DNA from: Patescibacteria group bacterium
GTDB taxonomy: Bacteria > Patescibacteriota > Minisyncoccia > UBA6257 > HR35
DNA: 32,000 nucleotides
Direction of reading: 5' to 3'
Assembly (NCBI GenBank): GCA_030549845.1
Contig: JAUQQN010000001.1
Span: forward strand, 150,001 to 182,000
Shown one piece after another: positions 24,563-32,000 of the stretch; positions within the stretch are counted from its first letter, which is position 1, and every line of letters begins with the position of its first letter. Under the pieces are notes generated by a model. The model was not told the origin of the DNA. It ran no database searches and saw only the letters and a list, made by a program, of their open reading frames with translations. Made by a program: the position numbers and the translations under genes.

Positions 24563-24599
24563 ATTCTAAAAGGTCATGATTAATTTCAAAAGTTAATCT

Positions 24600-25646
24600 A
24601 TGGTAAGGCGAATTTTCAATAATTTAAGAAATAAAACTAAACAGACAACTAGAAGCGGAAATATTTATGGTCTAGCAGATTTTAATATTTTAAAAATCAA
24701 AAATATTAATGATTTTAAAAATATAAATGAAAAATCTTTTGTAGATATCCCTGCTTCTATTCCTAAGAACCCTTTTTATTTAGAAAAAGTCGGTGTTACT
24801 AATAGAAAACACAAAATAAAAATTAGAGATATTTTTGAAGACAACAAAATAATTGAGGTAGAAGCAGATATTAAGATATTTTTTGACTTACCCGAAAATC
24901 AAAGAGGGCTTCATATGTCAAGGATCGAAAAAGCAATGCAAGAATTTCAAAACGCTGGAACAGATTTAAAAACATATGCTCAGAGTTTAATAAAATATGC
25001 TGCTGAACTTCAAAATAGGAAAGGCGGAGAGATAGAAGTTGAGTTTAACTATGAAAAAACAATTAACAAAAATTCTTCTGGACGATTGGCTCATGAGATT
25101 TTAAAAATTCTTTTTTATGGAAAATTGAAAGAGGATAATAAATTTATCTATAAATTAGGAATAAAAGCTCCATTTATGAACGCATGTCCTTGCCCACAAA
25201 GATGGGCTATTAGGGAATTTTATAATAAACTTAAAGAGTTAGGGTTTAAAAATGAAGAAATTTATGAATTAGCATCTCATATAAGCTTTGGAACACATAC
25301 CAATTTAGGAGAGGCTACTTTATGTATTGAGGACCTGAATAATAATATCAATTATCAAGACTTATATGAAATACTGGATGAAACATTATCTATAACAAGA
25401 GAGCTTTTAAGCGGACAAGATGAATTTGAGTTTATAAAAGAAGCCCTTATTAAAGAACAATTTTGTGAAGATGCTGCAAGAGATTTGGTTTATACTGTTG
25501 TTAAAAATTTAAAAAATAAAATACATCCTGAAAGCTTAATAGAAATTTATGTAGAAGTCAACGAAAGTATACATTTTCACAACTTAAGAGTAGAAATTGT
25601 AGATAATTTTAAGCATATTTTGGATAAAATAGAAAAATTAAATTAG
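24600..25646 (+). CDS. folE2: GTP cyclohydrolase FolE2/MptA family (COG1469-like), divergent
   Basis: 348 aa. LPENQRGLHMSR corresponds to LP.NQKG.NMSR in FolE2. CPCP sits at the CPCSK position. EDAARDL corresponds to FVEDMVR. NESIHFHN corresponds to EESIH.H. Confidence 0.7.
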   Translation: MVRRIFNNLRNKTKQTTRSGNIYGLADFNILKIKNINDFKNINEKSFVDIPASIPKNPFYLEKVGVTNRKHKIKIRDIFEDNKIIEVEADIKIFFDLPENQRGLHMSRIEKAMQEFQNAGTDLKTYAQSLIKYAAELQNRKGGEIEVEFNYEKTINKNSSGRLAHEILKILFYGKLKEDNKFIYKLGIKAPFMNACPCPQRWAIREFYNKLKELGFKNEEIYELASHISFGTHTNLGEATLCIEDLNNNINYQDLYEILDETLSITRELLSGQDEFEFIKEALIKEQFCEDAARDLVYTVVKNLKNKIHPESLIEIYVEVNESIHFHNLRVEIVDNFKHILDKIEKLN

Positions 25647-25649
25647 AAA

Positions 25650-26591
25650 ATGAAAATTTTTGATTTACATTTAGATCTTGAGATTTATTATCGATATCCT
25701 GAATTTCTTAATATGACTTTTAAAAGTTTGGAAATTTTGGATACTAAAAGACACGGAGATATCCCTCAATTTTTAAAATCTAATCTTAAAATAGCTGTCG
25801 TAAATATTTTTCCATTTGAATTTAAGAAAAATAAGTGGGAACCAATTAATATAAATAAATTTTTCGAAAGATTGGAAAGTTTTGTTAAGTGGATTAAGAA
25901 ATTTGATGTTTTTGAAATAATATTAAATAGGGATGACTTAAAAAATAATTTGAAAAACAAAAGAATAGGTATTATCTTAGGTGTCGAGGGCTTAAATTTC
26001 ATAAATAAGATCGAGGATATTTATAAAATATACGAAAGCGGAATAAGGGTCTTCGGTCTAAATTGGAATATTGATTCTAAATTCTCTACCTCTTTAAAAA
26101 CTATAACCAAATCTGGTTTAACAGAAGAAGGTAAAGCGTTGATAAAAATCTTGGAAAAACTACCAATTGTAATTGATTTAGCCCATTCATCAATCTATAC
26201 TTCTAAAGATGTTTTTAAGTATTACAAAAAACCAATCATATTTTCTCATAATGGTATACAAAAGATTGTAAACTTTGAGCAAAATTTATCAGATGATTTG
26301 CTAGATAATTTAAACAAAAATAAAGGATTGATAGGTCTAACATGTTTACCATATTCTATAAATTTAAATGGAGAAATAAGTTTTAAAATCTGGCATCAGG
26401 CATTAAAATATGCAAAAGATAAATATAAAAATAATTTAGCTATAGGCACAGATTTTTTCGGTTTTAAGTTTAATAAAGACTACAAAGGGTTATCTAATTA
26501 TTTAGATTTTTCTAAAAACCTAAAAAAATTTAAAGTGCCTAAATATATACTTTTTAATAATTCTTTTAATTTGTTTTTAAAAAGTTTATAA
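25650..26591 (+). CDS. Membrane (renal) dipeptidase family M19-like amidohydrolase
   Basis: 313 aa. The positions equivalent to the M19 metal ligands are present: FDLHLDL (HxD), GVEGLN (Glu), IDLAHSS (His), IFSHNG (His), GTDFFG (Asp). Confidence 0.65.
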   Translation: MKIFDLHLDLEIYYRYPEFLNMTFKSLEILDTKRHGDIPQFLKSNLKIAVVNIFPFEFKKNKWEPININKFFERLESFVKWIKKFDVFEIILNRDDLKNNLKNKRIGIILGVEGLNFINKIEDIYKIYESGIRVFGLNWNIDSKFSTSLKTITKSGLTEEGKALIKILEKLPIVIDLAHSSIYTSKDVFKYYKKPIIFSHNGIQKIVNFEQNLSDDLLDNLNKNKGLIGLTCLPYSINLNGEISFKIWHQALKYAKDKYKNNLAIGTDFFGFKFNKDYKGLSNYLDFSKNLKKFKVPKYILFNNSFNLFLKSL

Positions 26592-26606
26592 TATCTTATT
26601 CAAACC

Positions 26607-28241
26607 ATGATTGAAGACATCTATAAGGAGTATGAATATCCAAGAAGTTTAGATCTCTTTAGAAAATTTATAGCAGAAAAGCAAGAAAGAATAAGAAGGG
26701 ATATTGAGGTTTTAATTGAACAAAAGAAAATTACAAAGGAGAGATTTGAAAAAATTAAAGAAGAAATAAGAAAGGTCTTTGGAGAGAACATAGAATATAT
26801 TTCTACCACTTTACATCTTAGACCAAGGGCCATAGATTATTTAGAATTAGCTCAAAAAAGAATATCTCAAGCAATAGAACCTAATAAAGTTTTTTATTAT
26901 CCTGTATATTATCAAGATTTTGAAAGTGAAAGACCAGATAGAATATACTTTGGAAGTTTTTCTTTATCTTTATGTGATATCATTCCTAATTTAAAAAAGA
27001 AATTTGAAACTTCTCTTGAATTTCATATAGAACTAATGGAATATTTAAAAAAGGAAAATTGGGAAGACGAAGTTAAAAATAACTTGGAGAATTTTCTTAG
27101 TAAAGAGTTTTCTGGTTTTAAGAAAAATTTAAGGGGTATACTTATTGAGGAAGCAAAATGTGTGGTAATTTCCATTTTAAGGGACTATAAAAAATTTTTT
27201 GAAGAAATAGGCTTAGTAGATATAGAAGAGAAAATTAACAACATCAACACAAATTTAGCAAATATTTTTTTAAACAATTTTGAAGCTCTTGCACCACTTT
27301 TAGAAACACTTGGAATAAGCAAAGAAGATTTAGAAAACATAAAAGAAAGAAAAAAGAAAGCTATAGGCGAATTTCTTTTTCTAGTATGCATTTTAGGAGA
27401 ATTAACTCATATAGGAGCTGAGTATGGTAAATTTGATGATATAAGAATAAAATTGGGTTTGATGGATGAAAAAGAAAGGAAAGAGGAAGCTTCTCAAGAA
27501 AGATTTAGATTTTTTGAAGTTGAAGGAGAAGGATCTGAAAGTGATACATTAAGATTTCTTTTTGATGAGGAGGGAAGTAAACTTTTGATTCAAACAGCAA
27601 AATATATGGGACACGAAGAATCAAGATGGTCTCCTATTTCTGAAAAATTGATAAAAAGGATAAGAATTATTGATTTTTACCTAAAAGTAAAAAGTAGAGA
27701 AAAAGAGATTAGAGAAATAATAGAAAATTATCTTGAAAATTCGATTTTAAACTGGGAAGGTTTTGTTGAATTATTAGAATTAGTTAATTATTTCGCTCAC
27801 TTAAAAAACGAAGAAAGGGCACAATTGGATGTAACTTTAAAAGAAATCCAAGAAAATAACGTGAACAAAAAGTTAAGAGAGTGGATTAATTATTATAATA
27901 AGAAAATTAAAGAAAAAGATACAAGTCTAAGATTTTTAATCCATGAGGATATTTTTAAAAGAAAAATTTTATGGTTTGTTTTTAAAAATTATATAGAAGG
28001 AGAGTTTATGAAAATTAAAGTAATCTCTGAAGATCTTTTTACAATATTTCTAAGTCCTTCAAATTTAGAAAAATTTGAAACTGAAAAATTATTGGAAGAA
28101 ATAACAAAACCTCGTTTTTATGGTTTACAACTTCCTCTTCGATTACCAAAATTAAACAAAGAGGATCTCATCAATTTGGTTAGCTTATTTACAGGGGATG
28201 AAAAAATCCAACCTTTTCTTGATAGCGTTCTTAAAAAATAA
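26607..28241 (+). CDS. Large Glu/Lys-rich protein of unknown function
   Basis: 544 aa and probably mostly alpha-helical. I see no recognisable catalytic, P-loop or nuclease motif. It starts 15 nt after the M19-like gene. Confidence 0.6.
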   Translation: MIEDIYKEYEYPRSLDLFRKFIAEKQERIRRDIEVLIEQKKITKERFEKIKEEIRKVFGENIEYISTTLHLRPRAIDYLELAQKRISQAIEPNKVFYYPVYYQDFESERPDRIYFGSFSLSLCDIIPNLKKKFETSLEFHIELMEYLKKENWEDEVKNNLENFLSKEFSGFKKNLRGILIEEAKCVVISILRDYKKFFEEIGLVDIEEKINNINTNLANIFLNNFEALAPLLETLGISKEDLENIKERKKKAIGEFLFLVCILGELTHIGAEYGKFDDIRIKLGLMDEKERKEEASQERFRFFEVEGEGSESDTLRFLFDEEGSKLLIQTAKYMGHEESRWSPISEKLIKRIRIIDFYLKVKSREKEIREIIENYLENSILNWEGFVELLELVNYFAHLKNEERAQLDVTLKEIQENNVNKKLREWINYYNKKIKEKDTSLRFLIHEDIFKRKILWFVFKNYIEGEFMKIKVISEDLFTIFLSPSNLEKFETEKLLEEITKPRFYGLQLPLRLPKLNKEDLINLVSLFTGDEKIQPFLDSVLKK

Positions 28242-28280
28242 CTTTCTTACTACAACTTTTTGCTATATTAAATTAATAAA

Positions 28281-28535
28281 TTAAATAACCTTATAAACAA
28301 GATCTCCTTCTTTTGTTTTCCCAATGACTTTTACTGCAACTTCTTGGCCTACATTAGCTTCTTGAATTTTTTTGTGTTCTATCTCCATTGATTCAATAAC
28401 TTGGCGAAATCTCTCTTCTCCATTCTTTTTTCTTACAATTATTTCATCCCCTATTTTAAGATCATCTTCAAGTTCAAGTATCATTGCTGGAATATGAGGA
28501 TAAAAATGTTTTACTTTCCCAACTAATTTTTCCAT
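28281..28535 (-). CDS. Small translation-elongation-factor-like beta-barrel protein (EF-Tu domain 2-like)
   Basis: 84 aa. The pattern GKVKHFYPHI...LKIGDEI...QVIESMEIEHKKIQEANVGQEVAVKV...GDLVYKV is typical of this small conserved family. Confidence 0.6.
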   Translation of the reverse strand: MEKLVGKVKHFYPHIPAMILELEDDLKIGDEIIVRKKNGEERFRQVIESMEIEHKKIQEANVGQEVAVKVIGKTKEGDLVYKVI

Positions 28536-28560
28536 TTGATTAATTGTTTTTAATTCGACC

Positions 28561-29250
28561 CTATTTTTTACTTACCCATTTATTATCTTTTATATAAAAC
28601 CTCCATAATTTATCTTTATATTCTTCGGCATAATCTATACCAATCCTTTTTGCTTTAATAATTTTAAACTTTGATTTATTATAAGCAAAATTACCTAGCT
28701 TTGTCTCATTTTCTAGCCATATTCTTTTACTTTTAGTCAAATCTTCACCCCAAAAAGAACTGTCAAGATAAAGTTCTTTGCACAAGTTGCCAGGCCCCTT
28801 AGGATTTTTTAGATTCAAAATAGGCTCTAGGCTTCTTATTAAAACACATTCTGGATAACCTTCTTTATAAGTTGTTATATTTAATTGATAATAATTTCCA
28901 TAAACTAAATAAATGTAAATATGCCCTCCTCTTAAATATTCAGCTAAATTTCTTGACGTTACTTTGCATTTTCTACAATTTAAAATTCTCTTTTTAAAAA
29001 TTTCGGGGTTATTAATATAGTGTTTTATTCTTTCCCAATTTTCTTTTAAGATTTTTGATTTTATTTTTAAAGGCTGTTCTTTTTTTGAATATGCATGTGA
29101 AGCTTTGTCATACGGACCAATATAAGCTTCTGTTTCAACAATTTTACCAATCAATAATTTATTTTTATATTTTCTGACAAGAAATTTCCCTAATAAATCT
29201 GTAGCAACTTTTAAAGTACTCCTTTCAAAAAAATTTCTTTTTAACCTCAT
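28561..29250 (-). CDS. mpg: DNA-3-methyladenine glycosylase (Mpg/AAG family) with an internal insertion
   Basis: 229 aa. It has LLGKFLV, GKIVETEAYIGPYDKASHAY, then an insertion of about 40 aa, then TSRN...GGHIYIYLVYGNYYQLNI. Confidence 0.8.
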   Translation of the reverse strand: MRLKRNFFERSTLKVATDLLGKFLVRKYKNKLLIGKIVETEAYIGPYDKASHAYSKKEQPLKIKSKILKENWERIKHYINNPEIFKKRILNCRKCKVTSRNLAEYLRGGHIYIYLVYGNYYQLNITTYKEGYPECVLIRSLEPILNLKNPKGPGNLCKELYLDSSFWGEDLTKSKRIWLENETKLGNFAYNKSKFKIIKAKRIGIDYAEEYKDKLWRFYIKDNKWVSKK

Positions 29251-29274
29251 TATAATATAATAAATTAAAATAAA

Positions 29275-30207
29275 ATGTTTTTTGAATACTTAATAATTAT
29301 TTTAGGATTATCTCTTTTTGAAATAATTTCTTCAATTGACAATGCGGTAATAAATGCTCATGTTCTAAAAACATTACCTGAAAGATTTAGGAAATTTTTT
29401 CTTTTATGGGGTTTACTTTTTGCTGTCTTTTTAATGAGGGGTATTTTACCTTTTTTAATTGTTTGGCTAACCAATCCAAAATTAAGTTTTGCCCAAATAA
29501 TTACATTCGTCTTTTCAAATGACCCTACAATTCAAAATTATATCGAAAAATCTCAAAGCCTTTTGCTTTCAGCAGGAGGTATTTATCTTTTATTTGTTTT
29601 CTTAGGATGGCTTTTTTTAGAAGAAAAAAAATATGCTTTTTTAGTCGAAAGGTTCATCCATCGACAATCAATATGGTTTTATGCAATTGCTTCAATAGTA
29701 TTTACTATTTTAATTGCTGTTTCTCTCAAAATTAATCCGAAGTTGGCTCTTACTTTTTCAATAGGTTCTACGGTATTTTTTATTACTGATGGATTTAAGA
29801 AAAATGCAGAAGAAAAAGAAAAAGAATTACTTAATCCGAACCTAAGTGCTTGGAGTAAAATTCTCTATCTCGAAGTTCTTGATGCAAGTTTTTCTATTGA
29901 TGGAGTAATAGGAGCTTTTGCGTTTACTCTATCTGTCCCTCTTATTCTTATTGGTAACGGCTTAGGAGCTTTGGTAGTACGAGAATTTACAATCAAAGGA
30001 ATCGATTTAGTAACAAAATTTGCTTATTTAAAAAATGGAGCAATGTATTCGATTGGTATGCTGGGTAGTTTAATGATTCTTGAAAGTTTCGGTAAGCATT
30101 ATCCTTTTTGGTTAGCACCATTAAACACTTTTGCATTATTAGGACTTTTTCTTTATTTATCTTATAAGGAATTAAAAGAGGCAGAAAAATTAAAAGAGCT
30201 TCAATGA
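29275..30207 (+). CDS. DUF475/TerC-like integral membrane protein
   Basis: 310 aa. The duplicated signature is EIISSIDNAVINA near the N-terminus and LDASFSIDGVIGAFA in the second half. Confidence 0.7.
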   Translation: MFFEYLIIILGLSLFEIISSIDNAVINAHVLKTLPERFRKFFLLWGLLFAVFLMRGILPFLIVWLTNPKLSFAQIITFVFSNDPTIQNYIEKSQSLLLSAGGIYLLFVFLGWLFLEEKKYAFLVERFIHRQSIWFYAIASIVFTILIAVSLKINPKLALTFSIGSTVFFITDGFKKNAEEKEKELLNPNLSAWSKILYLEVLDASFSIDGVIGAFAFTLSVPLILIGNGLGALVVREFTIKGIDLVTKFAYLKNGAMYSIGMLGSLMILESFGKHYPFWLAPLNTFALLGLFLYLSYKELKEAEKLKELQ

Positions 30208-31223
30208 ATTATTTCTTGTAATTTTTGTATATGTTTTAAAAGCATTGCACAATAACCCCATTCATTATCATACCAAGAAAAAACTTTTGCTAAATCACCA
30301 TCAACAACTTTTGTCAAAGTAAGATCTATCACTGCTCCATATGGTTCACCAATAATATCACTGGAAACCACTGGATCTTCAATTACTTTTATGATATCTT
30401 TCCATCTTGGTGAATTTGCCTCTTCTTTAAATATATCGTTAATTTCTTTAACAGACGTTTCTCTTTTCATAACCATTGTAATATCAGATAAAGAAACAAT
30501 AGGAACTGGTACTCTAATTGAAATTCCATCAAATTTTCCTTTCATTTCTGGAATAACTTTTATCGTAGCCTCTGCAGCTCCAGTAGTGGATGGAACTATA
30601 TTTTGAGCTCCGGCTCTCCCTCTTCTAAAGTCATGTCCTTTAACTATGCTATCTAGAATTGATTGTGTATTGGTGTAAGCATGAATTGTCGTAAGAATCG
30701 CCTTTTTTATACCTATCCTTTCATTCAAAATTGCTATAACTGGATTTACTGAATTTGTTGTACAAGAAGCATTTGATGTTATTAAAGCTTGATCACCTAA
30801 TGAAGAGATTTTCTCTAAATCTTCTAGTCCAGGTGTGAAATGTATTGTTATATCATCTTTTGCTGGAGCTGTTATTATAACTCTTTTTGCACCAGCCTCT
30901 AAATGCGCTTTTGCTTTTTCATATTCTGTAAAAAACCCTGTAGCTTCTATCACTAGATCTATATCTAAATCTTTCCATGGCAAATTTCTAGGATCTGTTT
31001 CTTTAAAAACTAAAATTTCTTTATTATCTACAATTAATTTCCCATTCTCTACTTTTACCTCTTTTTCATATTTCCCGTAAATAGTATCATATTTTAGTAA
31101 GTAAGCCAAATTTTCTATATCAGATAAATCATTAATAGCAACTATATCGAAATTTTCTTTGTCAAATGCTACTCTGAAAAAAATTCTTCCTATTCTTCCA
31201 AATCCATTTATTGCAATTCTCAT
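30201..31223 (-). CDS. gap: Glyceraldehyde-3-phosphate dehydrogenase, type I
   Basis: 340 aa. It has INGFGRIGR, the catalytic SNASCTTN, and WYDNEWGY. Confidence 0.93.
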   Translation of the reverse strand: MRIAINGFGRIGRIFFRVAFDKENFDIVAINDLSDIENLAYLLKYDTIYGKYEKEVKVENGKLIVDNKEILVFKETDPRNLPWKDLDIDLVIEATGFFTEYEKAKAHLEAGAKRVIITAPAKDDITIHFTPGLEDLEKISSLGDQALITSNASCTTNSVNPVIAILNERIGIKKAILTTIHAYTNTQSILDSIVKGHDFRRGRAGAQNIVPSTTGAAEATIKVIPEMKGKFDGISIRVPVPIVSLSDITMVMKRETSVKEINDIFKEEANSPRWKDIIKVIEDPVVSSDIIGEPYGAVIDLTLTKVVDGDLAKVFSWYDNEWGYCAMLLKHIQKLQEIIH

Positions 31224-31248
31224 ATTTTTTTAAAAGTTAAATTTCGAC

Positions 31249-32000
31249 CTAAAGTAAAGTTTTTATCTTTTCCTTTTCTTCGGTAACTACTGTTTTTAAT
31301 TTTTCTTCTTTTTTAATTAAATCCTTGAAATTAAACAAAAATCTATTAAAAGCCCTGTAAGCCTGTTCTAAGTTAGTAGTACTATTTGAAAGCTGAGAAC
31401 GTGCTTTTTCTAAATAACTAGTTATCTCATTTATGTCTTTTTCTAATTGGGCTAAGCTTTTAAGGATATCTTGAACATTTCTTGCAAATTCTTGTTTTTT
31501 TAATATCAAACTTAATTGTGAACACAATATTTCAAATGTTTTGGGAGAAGAAATTATAACAGATTTTTCTTTTGCATAATCCCAAATTTCATCATATTCT
31601 TTATTACTCAATATTTCATAAAACAATCCTTCTGCAGGTAGAAACATAATGGCATATTCTATTGTTTCTCTTATAGGAATAATATATTTACTTGAAATAT
31701 TATCAATGTGGGTTTTAATCGCTTTTATTAATTCTTTTCTCAATTTTTCTTTTTCAGCTTCAGAATCTGTTTCTAACAACTTTACAAAACTACTATAAGG
31801 GAATTTAGAATCAATAGGAATAATAGTATCATTAATTTTTAAAATAAAATCTACTACAAAGCTTCCTAATCTATATTGTTTCTCATAAACATTTTTAGGA
31901 AAGTCTTTTAAAATTTCTTCTAAAGCTTTCTCTCCAAAAATCCCTCTTGATTTTGTCCCTGCTAAGACTTCTTTTAAATTCCTAAGATCTAAAGAATGAT
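31249..32000 (-). CDS. rmuC: DNA recombination protein RmuC, C-terminal part (gene continues beyond the window end)
   Basis: The track starts at an internal TTG (31779), but the frame stays open to the window end. The upstream translation reads ...GTKSRGIFGEKALEEILKDFPKNVYEKQYRLGSFVVDFILKINDTIIPIDSKFPYSSF..., the RmuC nuclease-like core. Confidence 0.85.
   Translation of the reverse strand, partial: HSLDLRNLKEVLAGTKSRGIFGEKALEEILKDFPKNVYEKQYRLGSFVVDFILKINDTIIPIDSKFPYSSFVKLLETDSEAEKEKLRKELIKAIKTHIDNISSKYIIPIRETIEYAIMFLPAEGLFYEILSNKEYDEIWDYAKEKSVIISSPKTFEILCSQLSLILKKQEFARNVQDILKSLAQLEKDINEITSYLEKARSQLSNSTTNLEQAYRAFNRFLFNFKDLIKKEEKLKTVVTEEKEKIKTLL

Noticed and set aside
24576-24596. 6-codon mini-ORF (MINFKS) as a leader peptide for attenuation
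   Set aside because: It lies downstream of the hairpin rather than overlapping it, and has no regulatory-codon run. Short ATG...TAA ORFs are expected by chance in AT-rich sequence. It is mentioned only as context in the leader finding.
1-32000. Alternative genetic code (UGA as Gly, as in some candidate phyla)
   Set aside because: All conserved genes (ileS, gyrB, nusA, comM, gap and others) are full length and uninterrupted under the standard code, and several end in TGA. One example is the 550-aa gene stop at 16787-16789.
1-32000. CRISPR arrays, rRNA genes, transposases, integrases or prophage genes
   Set aside because: No regularly spaced direct repeats were seen. No ORF has a DDE, tyrosine- or serine-recombinase motif, or a capsid or terminase motif. 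The only repeated elements seen are the 31-nt palindrome pair and the 13-mer pair.

Overview
AT-rich, tightly packed bacterial window read with the standard genetic code; long ORFs such as a 1168-aa IleRS are uninterrupted. The gene content suggests a reduced-genome, Patescibacteria/CPR-like organism, but that assignment is inference only. Most genes are housekeeping. On the minus strand: clpP (5' part), gyrB, nusA-ppa-ileS, rpsT, tsaD, a NifS/IscS-type cysteine desulfurase, gap and rmuC (partial). On the plus strand: dprA, a MurF-like ligase, comM/yifB, pgk, an ABC-3 metal permease, a DUF475/TerC-like membrane protein and tRNA-Ser(GGA). Four regions are not ordinary. (1) The roughly 890-bp dprA-ileS gap (3959-4848) holds a sharp GC-rich island. 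It has a 14-bp-stem hairpin element with its own terminator. It also has a promoter- and terminator-bounded unit in which seven consecutive near-perfect GC hairpins fill the whole mature part of a 108-aa lipoprotein-like ORF. This is my best candidate for something undescribed: a structured RNA, a dual-function transcript, or a palindrome-invaded gene. (2) The IleRS carries a roughly 195-aa histidine-phosphatase (PGAM-family) domain inserted in its catalytic body. (3) A translationally coupled minus-strand operon (16005-19495) encodes six proteins with seven two-TM VirB2/TrbC-like pilin modules. One gene is a tandem duplication and one is a 550-aa fusion to a large extracellular domain. No secretion ATPase is in the window. 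(4) A plus-strand operon (24600-28241) joins a divergent FolE2/MptA-type GTP cyclohydrolase, an M19 dipeptidase-like amidohydrolase and a 544-aa orphan protein, behind a leader with a 16-bp GC hairpin. Smaller signals are a 31-nt palindromic element present twice, an identical 13-mer containing a perfect DnaA-box complement upstream of two genes, and several lineage-specific inserts. No CRISPR array, rRNA, transposase or integrase was seen. All family calls rest on motifs read by eye from the translations; no database search was possible.
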